From Nitrosopumilus sp. (GTDB taxonomy: Archaea > Thermoproteota > Nitrososphaeria > Nitrososphaerales > Nitrosopumilaceae): a stretch of 64,000 nucleotides of DNA. Each line of letters opens with the position of its first letter. The stretch's first letter is position 1. This document shows, in pieces, positions 21,285 through 31,484 of this stretch. A program made the translations under genes and the position numbers. Below the pieces are notes generated by a model that had not been told where the DNA came from, ran no database searches, and saw only the letters and a list, made by a program, of their open reading frames with translations. Location of the stretch: NCBI GenBank assembly GCA_965206745.1, contig OZ242220.1, forward strand, positions 832,001-896,000, written 5' to 3'.

Positions 21285-21403
21285 TTTTTTTTATATTATT
21301 TTTTTGACATTACAGAGATCTATCTTCATGCATTTTTTGGTTGCTACAACTTGGTTGCAGATATGAATTTGAAATGTTTATAGTTATTAATTGAAGAATA
21401 TTT

Positions 21404-23323
21404 TTGATGTCTGAGACATATGATATAGGGCTGGGAAATCATGATAACGTATTAAGAAAAAAGGCAGATGCCGATTTTGTATCTTTTTGGGATGAGCAGG
21501 CAAAAAATCTGTCCTGGTTTTCGACCTGGGAGAAAACACTCGACTGGAGGCCTCCCTTTGCCAAATGGTTCGTTGGAGGCACAATTAACGCCTCATACAA
21601 CGCTCTGGATGTCCATCAGCACTCAAAGTCTGGCAAATCGGCCATTCTTTGGGAGGGCGAAAACGGCGAATCCAGAGACATCACATATGGCCAGATGTTT
21701 TTACAAGTCAAGAAATTTGCAAACGTGCTCAAGTCCCTTGGCGTCAAAAAGGGGGACCGAGTCACAATCTACCTTCCCATGGTTCCAGAGCTGCCTATTG
21801 CGATGCTGGCATGTGCTAGAATCGGTGCCACTCACACTGTAATCTTTTCTGGATTTAGTGCTGCATCCATCAAAGACCGGATGGTTGATTCCCACTCCAA
21901 GATCATCATCACTGCAGATGGGGGATATAGGCGTGGAAAGACTGTCCCGCTAAAAGACATAGTTGATGATGCAATAAGCGAGCTTGATTTTGTGGAACAT
22001 GTGATAGTTCTTGAGAGGACTGGAAATAAAATTTCAATGACGCCAAAAGACAAACGCTGGGTGGAATTGATGGATGCTGCCTCTGATTCATGTCCTGCTG
22101 AAGTGTTGCCAAGTGATCACCCCCTGTACATCCTGTATACGTCAGGAACTACTGGAAAACCAAAGGGTGTCTTGCACGGTACAGGAGGATATCTCACGCA
22201 TCTGCATTCCACATTCAAATGGGCTTTTGACATCAAAGACTCTGATGTGTTTTTCTGTACTGCTGATATCGGCTGGGTCACCGGACACAGCTATGTCGTA
22301 TATGCCCCACTGCTTCATGGTGCAACACAGGTGATGTATGAGGGTGCGCCTGATTTTCCCGACGCCTCAAGAATGTGGGATATTTTACAAAAGTACAGAG
22401 TCACGATTTTTTACACGACTCCCACTGCCCTGCGAATGTTTATGAAGTTCGGTGATGAGATTCCAAACTCCTTTGATCTTTCGGCATTGAGATTGCTTGG
22501 AACAGTGGGCGAACCCATCAACCCCAAAGTCTGGAAGTGGTACTTTGAGACTATAGGAAAACAAAGATGCCCCATAATTGACACTTGGTGGCAGACTGAG
22601 ACTGGCGGGATGCTGATCTCTTCTCTTCCCGGATTGGAGACTATTCCACTAAAGCCTGGTTCTGGAACCTTGCCTATTCCAGGCGTGAATATCACGGTAG
22701 TCGATGAGAATGGGGATGATGTTCCAGCAAATACCAAGGGATCCCTTGTAATTAAGAATCCGTGGCCTGGAATGCTCTTGACCTTGTGGGGCGATGATGC
22801 AAAATACAAGGCAGTTTACTGGTCAAAGTATGAGAATTGTTACTATCCTGGGGACTATGCGCTAAAAGACGATGATGGATATATTTGGCTGTTGGGCCGT
22901 GCAGACGATGTCCTAAAAGTTGCAGGCCATAGAATCGGAACTGCAGAGCTTGAGAGTTGCATGGTGTCCCATCCTGATGTTGCAGAATCTGCCGCATGTG
23001 GCATTCCAGACGAGGTCAAGGGTGAGGTGATCATTGCATTTGTTGTTTTAAGGCAGGGGGTTACAAATGACTCTGATGTTTTGGAAAAAGAGTTATCTGA
23101 TAAAATTCGGGCCGACATTGGTGCAATTGCAACTCCTAAGCAGATCTACTTTGTCTCAAAGTTGCCAAAGACCCGAAGTGGGAAAATTATGCGAAGGCTG
23201 CTAAAGGCGATTGGAAACAATGAAAAAATCGGCGATGTAAGCACCTTGGAGGATGGCACAGCGGTAACTGAGGTCCGACAGGTTTTTGATCAACTGCAAA
23301 AGTCCGTCAAAGCAAAGTCTTGA
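21404..23323 (+). CDS. acs: Acetate--CoA ligase (AMP-forming acyl-CoA synthetase)
   Basis: YTSGTTGKPKG, TWWQTETGG, GRADDV, PKTRSGKIMRR. Confidence 0.93.
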   Translation: MMSETYDIGLGNHDNVLRKKADADFVSFWDEQAKNLSWFSTWEKTLDWRPPFAKWFVGGTINASYNALDVHQHSKSGKSAILWEGENGESRDITYGQMFLQVKKFANVLKSLGVKKGDRVTIYLPMVPELPIAMLACARIGATHTVIFSGFSAASIKDRMVDSHSKIIITADGGYRRGKTVPLKDIVDDAISELDFVEHVIVLERTGNKISMTPKDKRWVELMDAASDSCPAEVLPSDHPLYILYTSGTTGKPKGVLHGTGGYLTHLHSTFKWAFDIKDSDVFFCTADIGWVTGHSYVVYAPLLHGATQVMYEGAPDFPDASRMWDILQKYRVTIFYTTPTALRMFMKFGDEIPNSFDLSALRLLGTVGEPINPKVWKWYFETIGKQRCPIIDTWWQTETGGMLISSLPGLETIPLKPGSGTLPIPGVNITVVDENGDDVPANTKGSLVIKNPWPGMLLTLWGDDAKYKAVYWSKYENCYYPGDYALKDDDGYIWLLGRADDVLKVAGHRIGTAELESCMVSHPDVAESAACGIPDEVKGEVIIAFVVLRQGVTNDSDVLEKELSDKIRADIGAIATPKQIYFVSKLPKTRSGKIMRRLLKAIGNNEKIGDVSTLEDGTAVTEVRQVFDQLQKSVKAKS

Positions 23324-23326
23324 TGA

Positions 23327-23857
23327 CTATTCTCTTAATTCACTAAAGTTTATTGTAGATAGCATCTCAAACATCTTCTTCAACCCGTCATACTCTGATT
23401 TTGAATTTTCATCAAACTGATCATACTCTTTTTCTTTGATCTCCTCTAGTTTTTTGATTGACTCTTTGAAAAATTCCTCATACTCTTTTATTTTTTCATC
23501 TGACATTTGTGCCAGATCAAAAATTACAGTATTGCTTCCAAGCAAGTTTCTACTTTCATCATACAGGCTAGTGGCCTGCAGTAGCCCTGAAAAGGTATCC
23601 TCGTTTTGCCTTTTGAATGTGATTTTTCTGTCTGTGACCTTGCCTGTCTCAAACCATATTTTTAGTGAATTATTCATATCTCCCCACGAGTCTTTTGGGA
23701 CGTGTTCAAAGATTGCCTTTCCGAGGATTTCTGACTTTGCATATCCTAGATTTGCAGCATATGTGGAATTACAGTCCAAAATCACGCCTATGGAGTTGAT
23801 TCTTCTCCACATGATTGGCGCGTCTTTGAGCGTCTTTCTTGCTTCGGTTTGAGGCAT
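23327..23857 (-). CDS. Stand-alone PAS-domain protein
   Basis: G.ILDCN......LGY.KSEILGK PAS core with PAC-like end, then a charged helix. Confidence 0.8.
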   Translation of the reverse strand: MPQTEARKTLKDAPIMWRRINSIGVILDCNSTYAANLGYAKSEILGKAIFEHVPKDSWGDMNNSLKIWFETGKVTDRKITFKRQNEDTFSGLLQATSLYDESRNLLGSNTVIFDLAQMSDEKIKEYEEFFKESIKKLEEIKEKEYDQFDENSKSEYDGLKKMFEMLSTINFSELRE

Positions 23858-23895
23858 TTTTTAAAATTGTATCTACTAGTTATTAAACTGAAATA

Positions 23896-24918
23896 TTAGA
23901 ACCATTGATCTAGGTTCTGGCCCTTCTTCTCTAGTGCCTTTTTCAACCTGTTTAGTGTGGATTGAACCCTGTCCTCTGAGAAGCTCCTCTCTTTGACGAG
24001 ATAATTGACCATTCCCTCATAGTCTACTTTATCAAAGACAATTTCATCCACATCGGCAACTTCTGGATTTAGGAATATCTCCCTTATTTGCTGGAAATCA
24101 ATCCCTTCTAACTGCTCCTGAATCTGTGGAATATCCTCCAATCTTGAATGCTGTTTGATCAGTTTCATTGCCGTCTTTGGGCCAATTCTCTCAAAACCGT
24201 TTGGATTAAAATCGGTACCAATTAAGATTCCTATGTCAATTAGCTCCTCCCTGCTCATTCCGATTGCATCTAGTGTCTTTTGTGTTTCAATAATCTCTGG
24301 AAGTACGTCGATGTAGGTATTTCTGTTTGGAATTTTACGCCTTCCGCTGTTTGTAAAATTTCTTACCAGTTTCTTTGCTCCGCACAGTATAGAGTCGTAA
24401 TCTTGACTGGCTGAGGCGTAAGCTTGGCCTGTGTTTGTTAAATGAGCTGCTGTGGCCTCCCCCTCTGATGGTGCCTCAATGTATGGTATGCCAAAAAAAG
24501 TCAGAATCTGTTTTGACTCTTTTACCATTCCATCTTTCATGCTAGTCGTCTGCTGTGCAAATTTTCTTGCATCCTCCATGTTTCCTTCGGCGATTGCTTT
24601 TTCATATTTTACCGTGGCATCTTTTTTGATCTGTTTTCTACGCTCAATCTCTGCAGTCTTTAGCGACGGGGGCTTTCCATCAAAAACGTATACCGGTTGA
24701 ATTCCCAACGACAGAAAATTCACGTTTCTGTAAAGCAATCCGCTTAGATGGCTTGTGACCCTCCCCTCGCTGTCTGTTAGCTGTAATCCGTCAGGCCCCC
24801 TAATGCTTGCTAAAAATTGGTAAATTGCATTGTATGCATCTATTGCAATTACTTTGTTGGAAAATGCCTCAAGTGCAGTCTTCTCCCTGACTACCAAATC
24901 CTTTAGGTTTAACCCCAT
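23896..24918 (-). CDS. fen: Flap endonuclease 1
   Basis: [35 protein letters not shown]-terminal PIP box QNLDQWF. Confidence 0.97.
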   Translation of the reverse strand: MGLNLKDLVVREKTALEAFSNKVIAIDAYNAIYQFLASIRGPDGLQLTDSEGRVTSHLSGLLYRNVNFLSLGIQPVYVFDGKPPSLKTAEIERRKQIKKDATVKYEKAIAEGNMEDARKFAQQTTSMKDGMVKESKQILTFFGIPYIEAPSEGEATAAHLTNTGQAYASASQDYDSILCGAKKLVRNFTNSGRRKIPNRNTYIDVLPEIIETQKTLDAIGMSREELIDIGILIGTDFNPNGFERIGPKTAMKLIKQHSRLEDIPQIQEQLEGIDFQQIREIFLNPEVADVDEIVFDKVDYEGMVNYLVKERSFSEDRVQSTLNRLKKALEKKGQNLDQWF

Positions 24919-25026
24919 GGATTCTGTTGCTATTTTGAGGTATTTTGTGTTTATCCTTCAGAGGTGATCGATGTTTTGGCATCCTTTGAAATCGTTTTTA
25001 ACATACAGGCGATCCTTTGATGATTA

Positions 25027-25287
25027 TTGCCCGTTGATCTGCCTGCATCCCTGAAAGACAAAGTTTTTGAGATACGACGTGCCGATGATGGGAGTATCTC
25101 TGAAATTGTCTCCTATTTTCCATTCTCTGAATCAGAAAAGCAAGAGATCATCTGTATTTTAGGCCATGATGGTTTTGATGGGTTTCATTCCATCTTTACA
25201 GATAGCCCAAGCGATGAGGAGTGGAATAGAACAAAAGATCAAATTAAAAGGAAATTCAAAGACGAACTATTTGATATTGATGGCTGA
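25027..25287 (+). CDS. Hypothetical protein
   Basis: 86-aa ORF, TTG start. Confidence 0.65.
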   Translation: MPVDLPASLKDKVFEIRRADDGSISEIVSYFPFSESEKQEIICILGHDGFDGFHSIFTDSPSDEEWNRTKDQIKRKFKDELFDIDG

Positions 25288-25337
25288 CCTACTTCTCCAC
25301 TGATTTGCTTTATTATGGAGTTATTCTAAGAGTAGGT

Positions 25338-25419
25338 GCCGAGATAGCCAAGTAGTACGGCGGCCGTCTCGAAAACGGCTACGCGCAAGCGTGCGGGGGT
25401 TCGAGTCCCTCTCTCGGCG
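25338..25419 (+). tRNA. tRNA-Ser (anticodon CGA)
   Basis: Acceptor GCCGAGA/TCTCGGC, anticodon arm GCCGT-CTCGAAA-ACGGC, long variable arm, GGTTCGAGTCC T-loop, discriminator G. CCA not encoded. Confidence 0.95.
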
Positions 25420-25611
25420 CTTTATGGTACATAAAAACAGTGATTTCCATACAATTGATAACAGTTTGTGAAGAGAAGATAGAATGCAATTATACAGGAT
25501 GTTCCAAATATCAGAAAAAACGTGCGATGATTCATTTTATTGATATTTTTTATAATGTCCATATTTTACAAATCCCTGTAACTGGTATATGTTTTATTGA
25601 TGTTCTGATCT

Positions 25612-25803
25612 TTGCAGTATCCCGTAGATCCGACAAACAATACAGCAGAGCATACACTGCGTTATGTAGTGGTGTTTAGAAAGATAAGCGGACAGATTCG
25701 TGGAAGTGAATCCATGAGAAGGCTGTCCAACTTTATGACCTGCATCCTGACATGGAGGGCATACGGGAAGAGCATCGTAGATGAGGTCATGGCTAGGATT
25801 TGA
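25612..25803 (+). mobile_element. IS66-family transposase C-terminal relic
   Basis: VDPTNNTAEHTLRYVVVFRKISGQIRG matches the IS66 xTNNxAERxLR...RKxSG motif. N-terminal part missing. Confidence 0.75.
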
Positions 25804-26096
25804 TAGGTGACCTCATACGATGCATCTTGCATAAACCCCTTCAGGTTTGATATGCTGAGCACCTGTATCATTTGAGATGTCTCTGATTGCAGAACGGCTT
25901 GATTGACTATGTGAGATTTGAATCAGAACCGAATCTGTATTTTGCTCTACTCATAAAGCATCAGCATCTTTTTTGTGTAATTTGGAGAAGATTTTGGCAT
26001 AAAAAGAACCCAAGTTCACAGTTGGAATGAAAAACCAAACCACGTCAAGTATCCCCGCTCAAAATGTTTAAACTAGCATGGCTGTCCAAAACCAAT

Positions 26097-26282
26097 ATGA
26101 CAGGAGAGACTGGATCAAAAATTCAAGATTCTGGCATCTCTGTTGCTGAACTGATCTCCCATTTCAGAGAAAAATGCAAAGTCTGTGGCCATCATCGCAT
26201 AATGCACAATGAACTAGGCGCATGTGAAGGCGTGATGAACAAACCATGCACTTCTGGCTGTGATCTGTTTGAAGCAGAATAA
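26097..26282 (+). CDS. Small Cys/His Zn-binding protein
   Basis: CKVCGHHRIMH...C...C...C..F. Confidence 0.65.
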   Translation: MTGETGSKIQDSGISVAELISHFREKCKVCGHHRIMHNELGACEGVMNKPCTSGCDLFEAE

Positions 26283-26327
26283 ACGGGATTTCTAATTCTT
26301 TAATAGGATATTTCCTGTAATCTCTTT

Positions 26328-26975
26328 ATGGGTTATGAGCATGATGGGGAAAAAATCTATCCCTTGGGATATGAGCCACAAGAAGTCCCTGATGCCCCTG
26401 ATCATGATGTAAGAAATCACCTGTTGGATTTTATCTTAAAATCCGGACCTACCGAAGTAGTAGACACTGATCTGTTTGCCGTAATGGCAAAACGACGCTC
26501 GACGAGAAAATTTTCAGACAAGCCTGTTGAAACTACGAAAATAGACAAGATAATTGCGGCAGCTGACACTGCTCCAACTGCCGGCAACTTTCAAGGATTT
26601 GAGATATTCTATGTGAAAAATCCTGAAAAGAAAAAACTCCTAGCTCAAGCCTGCAACAAACAGCCTTATGTTGATGCCCCCGTGGTTTTTGTCTTTTGCA
26701 AAAATCCCTCCAGAGTAAAGTTTGATTTTCCCGATTATATTCTGAAAAAATTTGCCATACAGGATGCCACCCTTGCTGCCGGATATTCCCAGCTTGCAGC
26801 CCAAGCTTTGGGATTAAGTTCGATTTGGATTGGGATGTTCGATGAGCAAAAAGTGATGGATGTAATTGGCACTGAGTTGGTACCGTCATCTGTCCTGTGC
26901 ATTGGATATCCAAAACAAACCAAATTCCCAAAACCAAGACGAAACCTCAAGGATCTGGTGCATGTGACTTGGTAA
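26328..26975 (+). CDS. Nitroreductase family protein
   Basis: RRSTRKFS, APTAGNFQ, LGLSSIWIG, IGYP. Confidence 0.92.
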   Translation: MGYEHDGEKIYPLGYEPQEVPDAPDHDVRNHLLDFILKSGPTEVVDTDLFAVMAKRRSTRKFSDKPVETTKIDKIIAAADTAPTAGNFQGFEIFYVKNPEKKKLLAQACNKQPYVDAPVVFVFCKNPSRVKFDFPDYILKKFAIQDATLAAGYSQLAAQALGLSSIWIGMFDEQKVMDVIGTELVPSSVLCIGYPKQTKFPKPRRNLKDLVHVTW

Positions 26976-27027
26976 GCTTTGCCTAAAATCACCCATCTTT
27001 AAATAATGATGGATTATTGTCTAGTTC

Positions 27028-27261
27028 ATGACAGACGCATATGTGATGCTAAATTGCGAGCTTGGTGCTGAGACTGTGATAATAGAGCAACTCAAAGAAC
27101 TTGAGCAGGTAGTTGATGTCTTTGAAACCATTGGCACCCATGACATGATGGTCAAATTACAGGCAGAAAATTTTGAAAAGGTTCGCGAGATCGTATCCTG
27201 GAATATTCAAAAACTAAAGAATGTCCGCTCTACTGCCACCTTGATAAAAAAAGATAATTAA
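27028..27261 (+). CDS. Lrp/AsnC ligand-binding-domain-only protein
   Basis: AYVMLNC..G.E, GTHDMMVK, VRSTATLI. Confidence 0.85.
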   Translation: MTDAYVMLNCELGAETVIIEQLKELEQVVDVFETIGTHDMMVKLQAENFEKVREIVSWNIQKLKNVRSTATLIKKDN

Positions 27262-27283
27262 GATTACCATCCTAGTAATTGAT

Positions 27284-27460
27284 ATGGATGATGAGAAAAA
27301 TGAGATAGACAGATTAATCGATAACATGATCTCCGGTGGCGATGAATTGGTAGATAATCTCAAATCCGTATTGCCAAATTCACTGTCTGAGTCAATGGTG
27401 ATGTTTCATGAGTCACATGTTGCCAATCTCAAAAAGATTAAGGAATTTTTAAATAAATAA
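27284..27460 (+). CDS. 58-aa helical hypothetical protein (not in ORF track)
   Basis: MDDEKNEIDRLIDNMISGGDELVDNLKSVLPNSLSESMVMFHESHVANLKKIKEFLNK; fills the gap co-directionally. Confidence 0.65.
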   Translation: MDDEKNEIDRLIDNMISGGDELVDNLKSVLPNSLSESMVMFHESHVANLKKIKEFLNK

Positions 27461-27516
27461 ACTGGTGCCTAGAATTACTACTATACCCTTTTTAATCATT
27501 ATACCGGATCAATATT

Positions 27517-27897
27517 ATGAGCAGATCCAGAACCATCTCCATTACCGTCGAAAAGAAAACCGGGGACGCATTTGACGCAATTTTGAACATGCCTCCAAAG
27601 ATGATGCCTGATGCCAAAATCAACGATTCTGGCTGGTGGTCATTTACCGGACCCCATGGAAAGTCCCTGCTAAAATTTAACGAGAACAAGTCTCTTGGAA
27701 TTTTGGATCACCAATATGTCGATGAAGAATCAAAATGGGACGTGCCGATGAGAGTCGTACCAAATGGAGACGTCTCTGAAGTCATCATCACGTTAAACAA
27801 GCCAGATGAGCTAACTGACGAGCAATTTGATCATAGGATGGAGGAGATTGGGGAGATGTTCAATTCGATGAAAAATATCCTCGAGTCTGAATGCTAG
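27517..27897 (+). CDS. SRPBCC / polyketide-cyclase-like protein
   Basis: SRTISITV, GILDH, VPMRVVPNG. Confidence 0.7.
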   Translation: MSRSRTISITVEKKTGDAFDAILNMPPKMMPDAKINDSGWWSFTGPHGKSLLKFNENKSLGILDHQYVDEESKWDVPMRVVPNGDVSEVIITLNKPDELTDEQFDHRMEEIGEMFNSMKNILESEC

Positions 27898-28062
27898 AGC
27901 ACTCTTGTTTCCTCTTGGACTAGTACAAATCGTTCTTTAAGCTTAAATGTAAATTCTACAACGGTATATTGAGAAAAAAATGCCATATGAAGAAGTATAC
28001 TATCAGAGATTAGAAGAAGAGCATCCCGAGGATTATGCAAAACTAAAATCCAAAAAACAAGG

Positions 28063-28434
28063 TTAATCCTTTTCTGTATTATCAGAATTATCGTTTTGAT
28101 TGTTTCCTGGTCCTACCATGTCTTCTGGTCTGACTTTGTTGTCCCAGTCGCCTCTGGTACCTTTGATCAGAGAGATAACCCCTGCCGCAATGAGTCCTAC
28201 GACTGCTCCGAAGAACACTGTCTGATCAAATATCTTAAACGAACAATTGATCTCGACTGGCGGAGTCGGGAGATCACCATTTCTGATCAGAACCTCGTCT
28301 GAATATTCATAGCAAGTTCCAAATTCGTTTGCTTCAATGGTGCCTGCTTGATAATGATGGCCAAACCCGCTCAGAATGATAAACCCTGCAAATACTAGGA
28401 CAATACCTGCAATGATAAATCTCATATCACTCAT
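28063..28434 (-). CDS. Two-TM membrane protein
   Basis: Two hydrophobic segments with a Cys pair in the loop. Confidence 0.75.
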   Translation of the reverse strand: MSDMRFIIAGIVLVFAGFIILSGFGHHYQAGTIEANEFGTCYEYSDEVLIRNGDLPTPPVEINCSFKIFDQTVFFGAVVGLIAAGVISLIKGTRGDWDNKVRPEDMVGPGNNQNDNSDNTEKD

Positions 28435-28487
28435 GATCTTTTTGCCTGTTTGTCGTATTTACATTTTGACTTTGAGGAATGCTAGTG

Positions 28488-28940
28488 TCACCTCTCAAGT
28501 GATGCCTTGAGGTTCTCAAGTGATGCCTCATAAAATGCAGCCATAAACACTATAAAGTCCAGAAATTCTTTCTCGGGGATCTTTTCACTATTAAGATACG
28601 ACTGCCATGTTAACTCGACCAGATTTTTGGATCTTGCCCTGATTGAGATAGTTGCAACATATGCTCTTAATGGCAGACCTTCGGTCGCAATATATGTGAA
28701 ATACTCTCCACTCTTCCATGCAACAACGTGCTCCTCAATCTCATTTCCATCTTCAAATGTAATCAGTCTGATGGCACCCACGCCCTTTTTCTTCTTTGAT
28801 AGGTAAACTGTTCTTTTAACATCTACTACCCACGTAGGCAGTCCTGCAATATTGCTGATCTTTCTCCAAACTCTGTCTTTTGATGCCCTGATCTTGATGG
28901 TTTTCTTGACGGTTCCAGTATGAAATGACTTTTTTGCCAA
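28488..28940 (-). CDS. SRPBCC family protein
   Basis: I.ASKDRVW..I.N...LPTW, GVGAIR, LENLKASLE. Confidence 0.85.
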   Translation of the reverse strand: MAKKSFHTGTVKKTIKIRASKDRVWRKISNIAGLPTWVVDVKRTVYLSKKKKGVGAIRLITFEDGNEIEEHVVAWKSGEYFTYIATEGLPLRAYVATISIRARSKNLVELTWQSYLNSEKIPEKEFLDFIVFMAAFYEASLENLKASLER

Positions 28941-29017
28941 TGATATCTTGAGGAGATTGCCGAACTTTAACTTTTATTCGAACAATATTTTTAATGCCCC
29001 GAGGACAAATATATCAA

Positions 29018-30298
29018 ATGGTCTTTGGATGGGGAAGAAAGAAACACGAAGAAACACCTGCTGAGGGAATCCTCCAAAATAAAGAGATCTCACTTGCAGA
29101 TGTCCCTAAAATCATAACTGATCTTGATGCGGTGAGAAAATCCCAAACATTGGCTGATGTCAATAATCTTAGAAATGAGACTGAACCTTTCATTGAGGAA
29201 CTGATGAAAATAGGACACCTTCTTGAAAAAGACAACCTCAACGTCGATGACGCTGACAAGCATATTGCAATCATTGTTGTTCGGGGCAAAAAACAAGTTA
29301 TTGACATGATCAAAAAGGACGTTGTCTCATTGCCCAAAGTATCCTCCCTTCATGATGCTGAAAAACTAAACTCCGTGCTGAATCTCATTCTTAAAAAAGT
29401 CGGTGACGTTTTGGGACGTCAAACCAGAGTCATTCATATTTTTGCCAAAAAGTATGCCGCGCAATTAAAAGAGAACCTTGCCGTGATGAACTCCAATCAC
29501 TCTGAAATCAGCAGGCTGCTGAAAAATTATCATTCTGCAAAATCGCTCTCCGAAGAGATACTTGATGCGATTAGCCGGATCAAAAATCTAAGAGAGATGC
29601 GAGAAAAAAAATCCCGCAAAATTGACGAGATTACAAAAAACACAATTACAATAAATGAAAAGATAGCCTCATCCCAAAACAGCATAAATGGGATAAGATC
29701 TTCTGATGATTACAAAAAACACCAAAATCTAAAAAAGACTCTTGATGAATTTGTCAATGAGAGATCAAAGATCAAAGATCAGATTAACATGCAATTTACA
29801 AAGATTTCCCGCCCTCTGAGCAGATACGAATATGCTTCCTCATTGGACAAGGATCAAAAAAATATTTTATCAAACTTGGTTTCCGAACCCTTTGGTGTAT
29901 TGACTTTTGCAAATAAGGACTCGATTATCATCATACTTGAAAATATACGTAAGGGGATCACCTCTGGCGCCATTTCTGTAAAAGATATTGCAAAGACATC
30001 TTCTCAGATAACTGAGACCGTAGAATCACTGGACGGATTCATACAGCAAATTTCCAAATATCATAAAAAATATCAGCAGATGCAAGATGATCTTGATTCT
30101 CTAATGCCCAAAGAGTTGATTTCTTTGGAAAATGCTCTTGCAAAAAATCTCTCCACAATTGATGAATCCCAATCAAAGTCTGAAACTATTCGGGGCGAGA
30201 TAGGTGAAATTGATTCGGAGATACCCAAACTGATATCTGAAATTGAGCAAAAACTGAGGCAATTCTCCAATACCCGATACACTATCTTGACATCTTAA
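29018..30298 (+). CDS. Long coiled-coil hypothetical protein
   Basis: Heptad-rich with no NTPase motif. Start MVFGWG is probable. Confidence 0.75.
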   Translation: MVFGWGRKKHEETPAEGILQNKEISLADVPKIITDLDAVRKSQTLADVNNLRNETEPFIEELMKIGHLLEKDNLNVDDADKHIAIIVVRGKKQVIDMIKKDVVSLPKVSSLHDAEKLNSVLNLILKKVGDVLGRQTRVIHIFAKKYAAQLKENLAVMNSNHSEISRLLKNYHSAKSLSEEILDAISRIKNLREMREKKSRKIDEITKNTITINEKIASSQNSINGIRSSDDYKKHQNLKKTLDEFVNERSKIKDQINMQFTKISRPLSRYEYASSLDKDQKNILSNLVSEPFGVLTFANKDSIIIILENIRKGITSGAISVKDIAKTSSQITETVESLDGFIQQISKYHKKYQQMQDDLDSLMPKELISLENALAKNLSTIDESQSKSETIRGEIGEIDSEIPKLISEIEQKLRQFSNTRYTILTS

Positions 30299-30327
30299 AA
30301 TTAATAGTTCCATGTCGGAGATTCTGT

Positions 30328-30726
30328 ATGCTATTTAAAAAGAAAAAATTTGAGCGGAGTGTTTTGCTAAAAAAACAGGTTCTTGACAGCATACTGTCCT
30401 TCTGCCAAATGAAGCATCCAAATGAGGGAATCCTAATTTTAAAAGGAAAGTCAAAGAATGGCCAGATAAAAGTAGACGGATTGGTAATTCCGCCATTTAG
30501 TGAAACTGGGCCTACTTTTGCAGGATTCCCCCATTCGTTTCTGCCCTTTGACATGAGTTATGTGGGGATCGTGCATTCTCATCCTAGCGGTTCAGCAGAG
30601 CCTTCTGTTACGGACTTGCATAACTTTTTTGGATTGGTTTCAATGATTGTAAAATCCCCCTACGATGATGATTCCATCTTTGCGTGGGACAGCAATGGAA
30701 ATGCCATTCCGCTTTTCATCGAGTGA
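30328..30726 (+). CDS. JAB/MPN+ (JAMM) metalloprotease
   Basis: HPNEG and HSHPSGSAEPSVTD. Confidence 0.9.
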   Translation: MLFKKKKFERSVLLKKQVLDSILSFCQMKHPNEGILILKGKSKNGQIKVDGLVIPPFSETGPTFAGFPHSFLPFDMSYVGIVHSHPSGSAEPSVTDLHNFFGLVSMIVKSPYDDDSIFAWDSNGNAIPLFIE

Positions 30727-30803
30727 TTTTGCAAAATTCCTGCCAACTAGCCTAAAAAAACTGAAAAAACTTTATATCCGTTTCAAGGATACTTTTTAGT
30801 GAA

Positions 30804-31151
30804 TTGAATCCACAGCTTAAACGATATTATATTTTTCTAGGTGCCTCTCTGGTATTTAGCATTGGATTGCAGATAGGACTTGGATATCTTGGGGTTCCAT
30901 GGTATATCAGCATAGGGGCAGTAATGGCAATCTTCATCTTACTTCCCATGATTATGCGTAGAAGACAGATGCGCAGTATGGGTAATTATGGCGGTAACTC
31001 GGGAGGTAACTCTGGAGGCGGCGGATTCTTTGGCATGGGCTCGCAAGGAGGTTCTACTGGAATTCGATACGTTTGTCTTGTTTGCAGCAGCAAGCACAAA
31101 GGCGGAACTTGTCCGCGTTGTGGCTCCAAAATGCAGAGAGCCGACTTTTAG
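30804..31151 (+). CDS. Membrane protein with Gly-rich linker and C-terminal Zn ribbon
   Basis: Two TM segments; CLVC...CPRCG. Confidence 0.8.
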   Translation: MNPQLKRYYIFLGASLVFSIGLQIGLGYLGVPWYISIGAVMAIFILLPMIMRRRQMRSMGNYGGNSGGNSGGGGFFGMGSQGGSTGIRYVCLVCSSKHKGGTCPRCGSKMQRADF

Positions 31152-31161
31152 TTGATGAAAA

Positions 31162-31479
31162 ATGGCATTGGAAGAATTAAGAAAGAAGGTTTTGTATCAA
31201 AACTCCATTGAGGTATGGATTGAGATAAGCAAGGAGAAAAGCCTAGACTGGGTTGATACTGACAGTTACCAAAAGTTCATTGCCTTTCTTCTGAAAAACA
31301 ACCAAAACATGAAACAAATATCAATATGTTTTGACGAGTCCGACAAGGCATCTGACGGCGGTCACAGCAAAAAAGTATTTGCAAACAAACTGGCAGCAAT
31401 CAATAACGAAAACTCGTCATGCTACTCAATAAAATTAAACGACGGTGCCATCGAGTTAATTCGAAAGTTTGCCCTCTAG
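31162..31479 (+). CDS. Hypothetical protein
   Basis: 105-aa ORF, ATG start. Confidence 0.7.
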   Translation: MALEELRKKVLYQNSIEVWIEISKEKSLDWVDTDSYQKFIAFLLKNNQNMKQISICFDESDKASDGGHSKKVFANKLAAINNENSSCYSIKLNDGAIELIRKFAL

Positions 31480-31484
31480 TTTTA

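Noticed and set aside
27980-28066. 28-codon ORF MPYEEVYYQRLEEEHPEDYAKLKSKKQG
   Set aside because: Plausible but too short to support without conservation data.
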